64,000 nucleotides of DNA from a virus. The DNA lies in IMG/VR virus record IMGVR_UViG_3300027763_000026. One strand, written 5' to 3'. The stretch's first letter is position 1. The number at the start of each line of letters is the position of its first letter. The notes under the pieces are model-generated. The model did not search any database. It was not told the DNA's origin and saw only the letters and a program-made list of their open reading frames with translations. This document shows positions 42,507 to 52,600 of this stretch, one piece after another. Position numbers and translations under genes: made by a program.

Positions 42507-44648
42507 TCATGTGATATTAAATCTATAAGCTTGAGAGGCGTAAATTGGCTGGTTTTTAATAGGCTTTTGCTCGTAATCTTGTATGGTGTTATTGTTGCAA
42601 GACAATAATACGTAATCATCGAATTGTCTTTGCAAAATTCCATTAAGCCACATCATATCTGATCCATAATTAGGCTTTAAATCAAAAAACCCAGTATTTG
42701 ATCCAGTTGTATATTTTATAGCGTTATCTTCTGATATATACATTTCGCCACTAGTTAATATAGTGTCATTATTTAATCTGATAAAATATCTTAAATATTC
42801 GATTGTCGAGTCAATCGTATCATTTGTAGAACAACTTATATCTTCTCCAATATAGCTTATATTGCCGTCATTGAATAATAAATCTATGAAAGGAATTATA
42901 TTATAATTATAATTATTAATTAGCTTTTGGCCGTTCAGGAAAACGTTAACACCAACGGAGTGAATAGTAGTTCCAGCAATATGATTTTGACCAGAATAAT
43001 CGAATATCTTATCGAAAGTGTTTAATGGAAACTGCTTATAAGACACATGGTCTTTGTCATCTTTTTTGTAAGGATCAATAATTAATTTTTTGATATTGCT
43101 TATCTGATAATACCCAGACATGATGTCTATACCATTAAAAAAGATATGATTTTTATTACTATTTAAAGAGTTTTCAGAAGTATAGACATCTCCCCCCAAA
43201 CTATAGGTTGTATTTCTTAAATTATCAAAAAGTTCGTAGCTCTGGACCTCTATAAAATCTTTATTGTCTATAGGTTTATAGATGATGAGATAATTTTTAG
43301 TAAAAGAATTAGCGTTACCAGAATCATAATCTTCTATAGTAATTCCAGATTGAGCATAAGAGCTTGAGGCAGATTGAACTAATTGATATTTAATAATTTC
43401 GCCAGTTAAAAGCCCCGTGAGCCCAGATTTAATATAAAAAACACAGTCATCAGTGCAGGCAGACACTTGTTCTGTTTGGACGAGTTCATATCCAGTTATT
43501 CCTGAGCCGATATAGCCAGTGCTTAAATATCCGCTAGATAAAAGATTATAGTTTGTTTCTATTGTACTTTCTACAGAGATATGCTCCCCAGTTTTAATAA
43601 AAAGTTTAGATAAAGAAAGTTGAGTATCTTGATTTAAAAATCCAGTAAATAATAAAACGTTGCTCAATAAACCTCTATAGCCTGTATAATATATGCCATT
43701 ATATTCGTTTGCGTTATTTCCAATATATATATCTTTTTCTTGATTTAAAAAATTAAAAGTCGTATTTATTGATTCGCAATGATTTCTATTTGCCAAAAAG
43801 TCATGATAACAAACCGAGATGTCATCTTTAGAACCGTTCAGAGATATAATGTTTTGATTAGATAATTCACCAGTACAAATTTTATTAAATATAATAGATT
43901 CACCGCTATGTGATCCAGAAAATTCAAACATAAGTTTATGATTATTACTAATAGCAACTTTTAAATCAAATGGTTGGCTTGAATTATTTTTTGATCTTAC
44001 GTTTATCAATGACTGAGCTTTGCCCAATAAAAATTCAGATGGAAATGATATAGTTTTTTCAATAGAGGCAAGCTTTTTTGGTAATTTGCTTGCAATTCCT
44101 TCTGTTATTAATGTGTTTACTGCACCGAGAGAAGTTCCTGAAGAATAATACCAATCACCATAATCTCCAAATTGGCCGTTTCTATTAAAAATTATAGAGT
44201 TTGTTAATCTTCTAAATCTAATTCCATCAGGATAGGGTGTTCTTAAATAAAATTCATTATCTAAAAAAATGCCGCTAGGTCTATTCAAATTTTCAATATC
44301 AACGTCTATATAATCTGGATTACATCCGTAGCTTTTCATATTCAACATTAAATTAAAATTTTCAGAAGATAAGCTTTTAGAAACTTTTAAAGTGTCATTT
44401 CCTTCAAAATAAGCCATACCAGTGGATCGATAGTTTTTGTCATAACAATTTGTAAAAAATCCTGGACGATAATCTTGTATGAGATATTTTTCTCCAGCAT
44501 CTTCTCCATATTGATCTGCTTCAAGATTTATTAAATTCTTAACAAAACGCCCAGATACATTTTCATTTTTAAAGTTATAAAATATACAATTTATATTTTT
44601 ATCAATATTATAGTGATCTAAAAATTTATTTAAAAAATTTATTTTCAT
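42507..44648 (-). CDS. Tail protein with LamG/ConA-like domain
   Basis: DIYIGN...YTGYRGLLSNVLLFTGFL pattern; C-terminal VFLNGQKL / WLNGILQ repeats. Confidence 0.6.
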   Translation of the reverse strand: MKINFLNKFLDHYNIDKNINCIFYNFKNENVSGRFVKNLINLEADQYGEDAGEKYLIQDYRPGFFTNCYDKNYRSTGMAYFEGNDTLKVSKSLSSENFNLMLNMKSYGCNPDYIDVDIENLNRPSGIFLDNEFYLRTPYPDGIRFRRLTNSIIFNRNGQFGDYGDWYYSSGTSLGAVNTLITEGIASKLPKKLASIEKTISFPSEFLLGKAQSLINVRSKNNSSQPFDLKVAISNNHKLMFEFSGSHSGESIIFNKICTGELSNQNIISLNGSKDDISVCYHDFLANRNHCESINTTFNFLNQEKDIYIGNNANEYNGIYYTGYRGLLSNVLLFTGFLNQDTQLSLSKLFIKTGEHISVESTIETNYNLLSSGYLSTGYIGSGITGYELVQTEQVSACTDDCVFYIKSGLTGLLTGEIIKYQLVQSASSSYAQSGITIEDYDSGNANSFTKNYLIIYKPIDNKDFIEVQSYELFDNLRNTTYSLGGDVYTSENSLNSNKNHIFFNGIDIMSGYYQISNIKKLIIDPYKKDDKDHVSYKQFPLNTFDKIFDYSGQNHIAGTTIHSVGVNVFLNGQKLINNYNYNIIPFIDLLFNDGNISYIGEDISCSTNDTIDSTIEYLRYFIRLNNDTILTSGEMYISEDNAIKYTTGSNTGFFDLKPNYGSDMMWLNGILQRQFDDYVLLSCNNNTIQDYEQKPIKNQPIYASQAYRFNIT

Positions 44649-44650
44649 TT

Positions 44651-47600
44651 TTATATTGTCTTTGGAAATTCTGCGTCGGGTTGAGTAGATATAATTTCTG
44701 TTGAAATTTTCATATTCCGTGTTCTTGATTCAAGATCATATTTAATATTTTTTACTTCTTCTTTTACGCCAGATTGAATTCCAGTAGGCATGATTTCTGA
44801 CCCAATATAAATCATTTTTTCTGAAGGCACAGACTTAGAAACTTTTGCATTTACATTAAAATTAGATCTTAAAGGCGTGTGGATATCAAAGTCTTGGAAT
44901 ATATAATTATTCCTTAGTAGCGTAGGGCTAGTGCTAAAATACCAAATAGGCAACTCTTTACTTACAGAATAATCTATTTCTGCAGAGTAAACGCCAGACC
45001 AGATTTGCTCTGAAATACCGCTAACGCCCGTTTTCCAAATTCCAGTCGGAACTTCTTTATCATCAAAATTTGCAGAAATAGATATCTTACCTTGGGTTGG
45101 ACTTTCTATTCTGTTTGATCTAATTTTTCTAATACGATAATTAATACCAGAAAAACCAGAATTAAATCCTAAAAAATTAATATATGCATTCTCAGCAACC
45201 CCGCTCATACCATATTCAGCAAGATTTGCATTTTGATTAACTAAATTATATCTATTAGATAGAGTACCTCCGCGGGCGATAATATCCACATTTACATTTA
45301 TAGAAACAATTTGAGAGATTTCATCCCTAGAGACGTTAGTCAGATAATTAAAATAAGGATTTGGTAAATTTAAATTATCATATTCATATGAAAAATCAAT
45401 TGTATTAGCCCCAGAGTTTTCATTAATTGATTTAGACAACACGATTGGACTTATGTAATCGGTATAAAATGATTGTACGTCTGCCACGACTCTACTATAC
45501 ATACCGTTCTCAATTGAATTAAAATTACTTTTCAGATTAGCAAAATTCTTATTTATCGCTGAATCACTATAAGACCCCTTAACCGTAAAAGAAACGGTTT
45601 CTTGCTCTGCGCCAGAGTTATAATCAATAGTGTATCTTAATATACCATTTTGTGTAGATCCATCAGCTAAATCTTTTGTATAGGTTTCTTGCACGGAATA
45701 GATAGAATCGATCCGATTAATTGACTCTTTTTGTTCTAATAATATATAATTACTATTATTATTTATTTGAATATTAAAACTTGGAACCCAATTTGATGTA
45801 GGGATCTCGTTTGGGTTAGCGCTTGGATTTTCTGAGATCGTTTCATTTCCATCATCATAAAAAGTCCAATATAGTTCAGAAAAATTACTAGGAGCCTCTA
45901 TAATATAATTACTATTTGATTCATTTATCCAAAGAGTTCTTTCCCCAAATGAAGCTTTATTATAAATTCCATCATAATTATCAGTATCTGATACGGTTAT
46001 TGATTCTGGACTGCCAATATTTTTTTCTATATAAAGATTAGGAACCCCATTCAATCCAGTGAATTGATTAACAAAACTTATAGCATTATCTAAAGAGTTT
46101 GAATAATTGGTAGATGAAGTATTAATTCCCTGAGCGGAAACATTATGATTTAAAGTTAATGTATTATTTTGTTTATTGATGACGAACTGATTAACAGGAT
46201 TTTGTATGTTATAATTAAAATCTTTAGCGGTCAAATCTATTTCGTAATTTAAAATACCATTATAAACTCCTTCACTAAAATTTATAGAATTAACTAATAC
46301 TCCGCTTTTTTTATAAAGTATATTTTCATAAACTGGCTGTATATTTACTGGATTACAATTTAACCCACCAAAACATTGACTCCAAGAAGCTTTCCAAGGA
46401 TATATAGATTGAGAGCCTAAACCAAAAGCGCATGAATATTGACCTAATTCGGTCGCTCCATAATACCAATTATTACCGCTATTTTTAATATAAATATTTC
46501 CACAATTTCTTGAAATATCAAAAATATAAGCAGAACCTGCATCGCTTAATCCGTTTGGATCTTCGGTATATGCCCCTATTAGAGCGACATTTCCAGCAGA
46601 ATTAAGAGATACGCTATATCCAAAAAGATCAAATGCTCCTGCATCATTTCCTGTAATCTTAGCAGTCTGTACCCAAGAGTTTCCACTGCCAGTAAAGAGG
46701 TATACACAACCTGCGTTAGTTACTCCGTTTGGATCTTTATTTATGGCTCCAACCAGCGCAACATTTCCAAGAGAGTTAAGAGATACCCTGGTTGCAAAAA
46801 AATCATTAGCTGCTGCATCATTTCCTGTAATCTTAGCAGTCTGTACCCAAGAGTTTCCGCTACCAGTAAAAATGTAAGCTGAACCAGCAGCATTTATTCC
46901 ATTTGGATCTGCATTATACGCTCCAATTAATGCAACATTTCCAAGAGAGTTAATTGATACGCTCGTTCCAAAATTATCACTAATTTGCGCATCGTTGCCT
47001 GTAATCTTAGCAGTCTGTACCCAAGAGTTTCCACTGCCAGTAAAGATGTAAGCTGATCCAGCGGAAGTTACTCCATTTGGGTCTTCGCCATATGCTCCTA
47101 CTAACGCAACATTTCCAGCAGAATTAAGAGCCACACTGATTCCAAAAAAATCACCAGCCTGTGCATCGTTCCCTGTTATCTTGGCAGTTTGAATCCAAGA
47201 ATTTCCGCTACCAGTAAAGATGTAAGCTGAACCTGCGTTACCTAATCCGTTTGGGTCTTCAAGAATCGCTCCAATAAGCGCAATATTCCCAGCAGAATTA
47301 AGATGTACGCTATTACCAAAACTGTCACCAGCTTGTGCATCATTTCCTGTAATCTTCGCGACTTGAATCCAAGAGTTTCCACTCCCTGTAAAGATGTAAG
47401 CTGAACCTGCGTTAACTATTCCGTTTGGGTCTTCATTAAGGGCCCCAATAAGCGCAATATTCCCAGCAGAGTTCAAGGACACATTCCATCCAAAATTATC
47501 ACTAATTTGCGCATCGTTGCCTGTAATCTTAGCAGTCTGTACCCAAGAGTTTCCGCTACCAGTAAAAATGTAAGCTGAACCAGCATTACTTACTCCGTTT

Positions 47601-48055
47601 GGGTCCTCCTGATGTGCTCCTATTAGAGCAACATTTCCAATGGAGTTAAGAGATACGCTAAATCCAAAATTATTATTAGCTCCTGCGTCGTTTCCTGTAA
47701 TTTTTATATTTTGATTAATTTTTAGGCATATCTCTTTGTCGATTTTCTCATTTGATTGATAGTAAAAATCATTTATTTTTGAAAGAAATATATTTGCATC
47801 GCATTCAGATTGTAAATTAATTCCGCTAATACCCTCTAATATTTCAAAAGTTTTAAAGTCTTGATTAAAATTATTTATAAGCCCCTGTTGGTATCCAGTA
47901 AGATCAGAATATTTACCAGTGAGTTGGCCAATTAGTTTAATTTTATCTACATTACCTAATTTTTGACCATTAAAAACATGACTTCTTTCTAGTGTCACAA
48001 ACGGAGTTGGTGAGCCTATTTCTATGCCATTATATTTTATAATATTAACGCTCAT
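44651..48055 (-). CDS. Tail protein with inserted 7-bladed FG-GAP beta-propeller
   Basis: Seven near-identical 58-aa repeats KITGNDA..D.FG.SV.LNS.GN.ALIGA...DPNG..NAGSAYIFTGSGNSW.Q.A. Confidence 0.8.
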   Translation of the reverse strand: MSVNIIKYNGIEIGSPTPFVTLERSHVFNGQKLGNVDKIKLIGQLTGKYSDLTGYQQGLINNFNQDFKTFEILEGISGINLQSECDANIFLSKINDFYYQSNEKIDKEICLKINQNIKITGNDAGANNNFGFSVSLNSIGNVALIGAHQEDPNGVSNAGSAYIFTGSGNSWVQTAKITGNDAQISDNFGWNVSLNSAGNIALIGALNEDPNGIVNAGSAYIFTGSGNSWIQVAKITGNDAQAGDSFGNSVHLNSAGNIALIGAILEDPNGLGNAGSAYIFTGSGNSWIQTAKITGNDAQAGDFFGISVALNSAGNVALVGAYGEDPNGVTSAGSAYIFTGSGNSWVQTAKITGNDAQISDNFGTSVSINSLGNVALIGAYNADPNGINAAGSAYIFTGSGNSWVQTAKITGNDAAANDFFATRVSLNSLGNVALVGAINKDPNGVTNAGCVYLFTGSGNSWVQTAKITGNDAGAFDLFGYSVSLNSAGNVALIGAYTEDPNGLSDAGSAYIFDISRNCGNIYIKNSGNNWYYGATELGQYSCAFGLGSQSIYPWKASWSQCFGGLNCNPVNIQPVYENILYKKSGVLVNSINFSEGVYNGILNYEIDLTAKDFNYNIQNPVNQFVINKQNNTLTLNHNVSAQGINTSSTNYSNSLDNAISFVNQFTGLNGVPNLYIEKNIGSPESITVSDTDNYDGIYNKASFGERTLWINESNSNYIIEAPSNFSELYWTFYDDGNETISENPSANPNEIPTSNWVPSFNIQINNNSNYILLEQKESINRIDSIYSVQETYTKDLADGSTQNGILRYTIDYNSGAEQETVSFTVKGSYSDSAINKNFANLKSNFNSIENGMYSRVVADVQSFYTDYISPIVLSKSINENSGANTIDFSYEYDNLNLPNPYFNYLTNVSRDEISQIVSINVNVDIIARGGTLSNRYNLVNQNANLAEYGMSGVAENAYINFLGFNSGFSGINYRIRKIRSNRIESPTQGKISISANFDDKEVPTGIWKTGVSGISEQIWSGVYSAEIDYSVSKELPIWYFSTSPTLLRNNYIFQDFDIHTPLRSNFNVNAKVSKSVPSEKMIYIGSEIMPTGIQSGVKEEVKNIKYDLESRTRNMKISTEIISTQPDAEFPKTI
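46530..47705 (-). repeat. 7 x 174-bp coding tandem repeat
   Basis: cctgt(a/t)at anchor at 46650, 46824, 46998, 47172, 47346, 47520, 47694. Confidence 0.95.
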
Positions 48056-49695
48056 TTTGGTTTTACCGAAAGTATATTTAAATCTAATCCATAGCTTAAA
48101 TTAGAATCATAAGTTAAAGAAGCGCTGCTAATTATATAATCTTCTCCAATCCCTTCTACTTTACTTAAGGCTCTATTTTTTAATTGAGGCAAATATCCAT
48201 CTATAAATTTATTGTTCCAAATATTAGTGCCACGCCCAGTGGGTCTTAATAAACTGCCCCTTATAGAAACTGAATCTGTAGCTAATTGAGATTGTTCAAC
48301 ACCAGACCCTAAGCTGAAATAAAAATTTTTATCATCCTTATTTGGGAGTATATATTCTTTAGTCATTAATGATAAATTATCATCTCTCTGCGTGAATTCA
48401 ATTGTTTTAAGCTTCTGGTCATTTTTTAAAATAGAAGGATCAGAGGTTTTTTTTATATTATATTTAAAATTTTTACCTAAAGATAGTTCGCTGGCGCCGT
48501 CAGAAAGATAGTTGAAATCTATTGAAGAGTTGATTAAATTATAGTCTGGATACAGCTCTAATTGCTCATTATAAATTTTTCTAAAATTTGCAAAACCAGA
48601 AGAGGTTCCAGTATAAATTTGCCCTATGGATTCACTAGTGAGCCTAATTGATCCATTTATATCATAAGTAAAAATATTATCGCTTCCACTGTCTAATTGA
48701 GATTCATAAGAATGGACTAATCCTCCGCTTTGATAATTTAAATTGTCAGTATAAGTGACATTATAGCTAGCAAAATTATTAAATTTTTCAAATGCAACCC
48801 CTAAAACAGTTGGAGTTTTTTTTAAAATAGTGCCTCGGGCAATACTATTACATCTATTATATGAGCCAGAAATTTCATCATTTAAATAGTTTTGAACCGT
48901 AAAATTATTAACGCTCTCTAGACCTTTGATTCTACCATTCTCGGTGACGGTCGTAATGCCATTGTCATCTAATATATAAGAATTTTTTAGCTCTAATGAA
49001 TATTCGTTTTTGTAATTTTCATCAATTTCTATAGACTTTTGGAACGATACAGATTGATTAATTAAATCGTAATTTTCTTGAATAACATTTTGCTTAAATA
49101 GTAAATTGTTATAAAATCCAGAATATTTACCAAATAAGCCTAAATAAACTTCAGAATCATTGAATATTTCGGAGGCCAAGTCTTTGGATTTAGAAATTAT
49201 ATCGGAATCGTCATTATAATATTGGATAGTAATATTATGGTCATATGAATACTTTCCATTTTGAAGATAATTAAAATTTAAATCTTCTGAAATATTTAAA
49301 AGCTTATCGTCGATTAAGCGAAGTCTAGATCCATATTTTCTATCAGAAGGTAAAGCTTTAAAATTCCCCGTGTCTACTATCTCGATAGTATAAATATAAT
49401 TTTCAACAAATATAGGGTTTTGTGTTGGAAAAGAAATATTGACTATTCTGCCAAGGCCTAAATGATAATTATTTATTATAATTTCTTCGTATTGGCCAGT
49501 ATTATTATTTAATATATTTAAAATACCGCTATAGGTTTCTTTAACCCCTTTACCGTCTGAGTTTGTATACCTATTATAAAGAACTCCATTTAATTTTAAA
49601 TTCTTTGTAGCGTTTATTAATAAATTTTCGCCACGAGAATAATTTTTATTTAAATCGTAGGTTAATAAAGTCGCATTTTCAAATATATAGCTCAT
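48052..49695 (-). CDS. Tail protein immediately downstream of the tape measure (distal-tail/hub-like)
   Basis: Position; beta-rich repeats resembling the scaffold of 44651-48055. Confidence 0.55.
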   Translation of the reverse strand: MSYIFENATLLTYDLNKNYSRGENLLINATKNLKLNGVLYNRYTNSDGKGVKETYSGILNILNNNTGQYEEIIINNYHLGLGRIVNISFPTQNPIFVENYIYTIEIVDTGNFKALPSDRKYGSRLRLIDDKLLNISEDLNFNYLQNGKYSYDHNITIQYYNDDSDIISKSKDLASEIFNDSEVYLGLFGKYSGFYNNLLFKQNVIQENYDLINQSVSFQKSIEIDENYKNEYSLELKNSYILDDNGITTVTENGRIKGLESVNNFTVQNYLNDEISGSYNRCNSIARGTILKKTPTVLGVAFEKFNNFASYNVTYTDNLNYQSGGLVHSYESQLDSGSDNIFTYDINGSIRLTSESIGQIYTGTSSGFANFRKIYNEQLELYPDYNLINSSIDFNYLSDGASELSLGKNFKYNIKKTSDPSILKNDQKLKTIEFTQRDDNLSLMTKEYILPNKDDKNFYFSLGSGVEQSQLATDSVSIRGSLLRPTGRGTNIWNNKFIDGYLPQLKNRALSKVEGIGEDYIISSASLTYDSNLSYGLDLNILSVKPK

Positions 49696-49698
49696 ATG

Positions 49699-52600
49699 TT
49701 ATTTCTTAGTTGGCGGTAGTCTTTGACCTCCTACGCTAACTATTCTTTCATTGAAGCTATTTGTTAGATTTTTTATTTGATTTTCTAAATCTGTTCTTAA
49801 TGTAGTTAATGCCCCTTCGATTTGAGTTGTTATATCTCCTTTAATATTTTCTATAGAATCAGTATTTATAGTAAATTCAATTCCGCCTTTTGGTTGTTTA
49901 ATATCTACCCCAATATTACCTTTAAGAGATAAATCGGTATTTTTAATTTCTATTTGAGATATCCCTGCGGTTAAATTATTCACAGCTTGAGATGTGCTTT
50001 TTAAGTTTGCGCCTGGTTGATTTGGCGCGCCAGAAGTTTGATTTGGTTTCGCAAATGTATCTGTAAAAGTTTTTAAATTGGTACTAATTGAGGCTACGTT
50101 TTTATCGATGCCTAACATTGCCCTCTGGCTTTGGATAGCCTCTTCTACTTGAGTTCTGGCGATTTCTGTTGATCTTCCTCCAATTTTTGTATATTCTCCA
50201 GCTAAACCAAATTCGCCTTTAGATCTTAAAAGTTTAGATATCGCTGAGGTTTGAAATTCTATGTCTTTGGCTCTTCCAGAAATAGCTCTTTCTTTTAAAC
50301 TTCCTAAATTCATCCCTTCTAAACTTCCACCAAACATTTTTACTGTATCTAATAATGTACCCGCAGAGGCTCTACCTCCTACAGGAGTTCCTAAGCCTTG
50401 TATATTGGTAACTAAAGAATCTATAGTACTATTAGATTGAGGATTTACATAAGATTCCAAACCACCAAAAGATTTGACATCTCTCTGTTTTTGTATGGTT
50501 GCGGCTTGAATTTGATTATTAATTTTAGTTAATTCTGTTTGTTTTATTTGTTGAGCATTTAAATCTAGCAGTGCTCTTTGATTATCACTTAGAATATTAT
50601 TAGTTTGAGTTTGAAGGTCTATGGCTTTGTTTCCATAATCAGTTCCTCCAAAAAATTCATTAAATGAATTTATAATTTCTTGGTTAATGTCCTCTGCAGA
50701 TTTGCCACTTGTTGCTAATTGTCCTAAAACTCCTTGAAAAGTATTTAATTTTTCTACATCGACTTTTGGAGTTTGTCCTGCTACGTTTTCTTTTTTAAGC
50801 TCTAGAAATGTTTTGTAGCCTTCTTGCAAAACGTCTGAACGGCCTTTTGCCTCTTGATCTTTATATTTTTTAACAAAGTCTAATTGCTGTTTAGCAGTTT
50901 CGATTAAATTCTGATATTCTCTAGAGGTTTGTGGACCCATAGAACTACGATTATATTCTAACATTCCACTGGCTCTTTGGAGTTGGACATCTTGAGTATC
51001 AAAAGCTAATTTGTCTTTGTACTCTTGTTGGACATCCCCAATTTGTATTAATCTTTGATAAAAATTATCTAAAGCGTCTTGGTTAGATTTCTCTAAATCA
51101 ATTGATCTTTGCTTTGCTGCATTATTTTTATTTATTATCTCTGCTTCTTTATTTCTTTGTTCTGATAATTTTTTAGCTTCTTCTCCTCCGATTACTTCCT
51201 CTAATAATTTAGTTAAAATATTTTGAACTAATGTTTGGGCTGCCATTTTACCTTCTCCTCCTCTACCGCCTTGTTGATCTAATCTACCGATAGATTCAAT
51301 TGCATCCTTTCTCAAGCCCAATTCTTCTAATTTTTTAGGATCAGACGTTGCGCTACCAGCAGTTTTAAATATATCTAATTCTCCACTAGCTAACATTCGT
51401 TTTAAATTCTCTCTAGCTTGATTATTTTCAAATCCTTTTGAAGAAATGTTGCCCGCAGCTTTTTCCATTTCTGATCCAGTTAATCCATATCCAATTGATT
51501 CTCTTTGATTTAATAATGGTTTAAAAGAAAGAGCTTCTATATACTGCGCAAACTTAGTACCAGTTCTTTTATTCAATACTTCTTCAAATCCAGATGCACC
51601 TTTATAATATGATTCTTCATTTGCTAGCTCAGATTGTACTTTAGACATTTGATCCAGTAGATCTGTATAATTAGTAATTGAAACAAGCTGCTTTCTATAA
51701 GCGTCTGGAATTTGTCCTGCGGCTTTTACTAAATCTTCATTTAATTTTCCTATTGTTTGTGATGATGTTTTTGGATCTTTTTGTGCGTCTTGTAATTTTT
51801 GTAAAACATCTGCATATTTTTGAGAGCCATTAGAAAAATCAGTTAATGTTTGGCTTGATTGTTCAGCCTTATCTGCTAATTTTGTAGACTTTTCTTTTAA
51901 TAAATTAGCTATTGTTCCAAAAGTTCCAGTGAAAGCAAGAAGGGCAGCGCCAGCAACTCCAAATTTCCCAGGAATTATTTGAGCTGCAGTACCAGCTAAA
52001 CTTAAAGTAGAACTAAATCCTTCTACTGCTTGGGATAATTTTGGGGAGCCTTTAGTTGCCTCTTGTAATAACCCACTAGCTAAAGAAAGTCCAATAGAAG
52101 CTTGTATTAAATTGCCTTTATATTTTTGAATTGATTCTGGAAGGGCGCGATCATCAAAATATACTTTAACTTTAGAAACAGAAGCGCCCAGTCCTTTCAT
52201 TTTTTCTTTTAAAGACTTAGCTTCTTCAAATGACACATATTTTATTGCCGTTGGCGCGTCTGCGGTTGCTAATGCAAAATTTGGTACATAACCTCCATAT
52301 GCTCCAGCTTTCTTTGCTGCAGATTTAGATCTATATCTATCGACCCCTTGACTTAATCCTCTCGGTTCATCTTTTGTATTGTAAACTCCAAGGCCTAATG
52401 GATTATTATTTGAGGATAAAGATGATGAAGCTCCAACCCTAATTGAGGACGCTGGCACGCCAGCTGAAATTTCTCTTCCAATCGCTTCTTTTAATCCAGC
52501 AAAATTAGGAATAAATCCTCCGCTGGCTAGATCTTCTTGTGCAAAAGGTATTGGTTTTGATGATCCAGCAGATTTAATAACTCCAAAAGGTAAATTAACA

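Noticed and set aside
46530-47705. CRISPR-like periodic repeats (also 34471-34688)
   Set aside because: Units are in-frame coding repeats (174, 30, 12, 9, 6 bp) with no repeat-spacer alternation.
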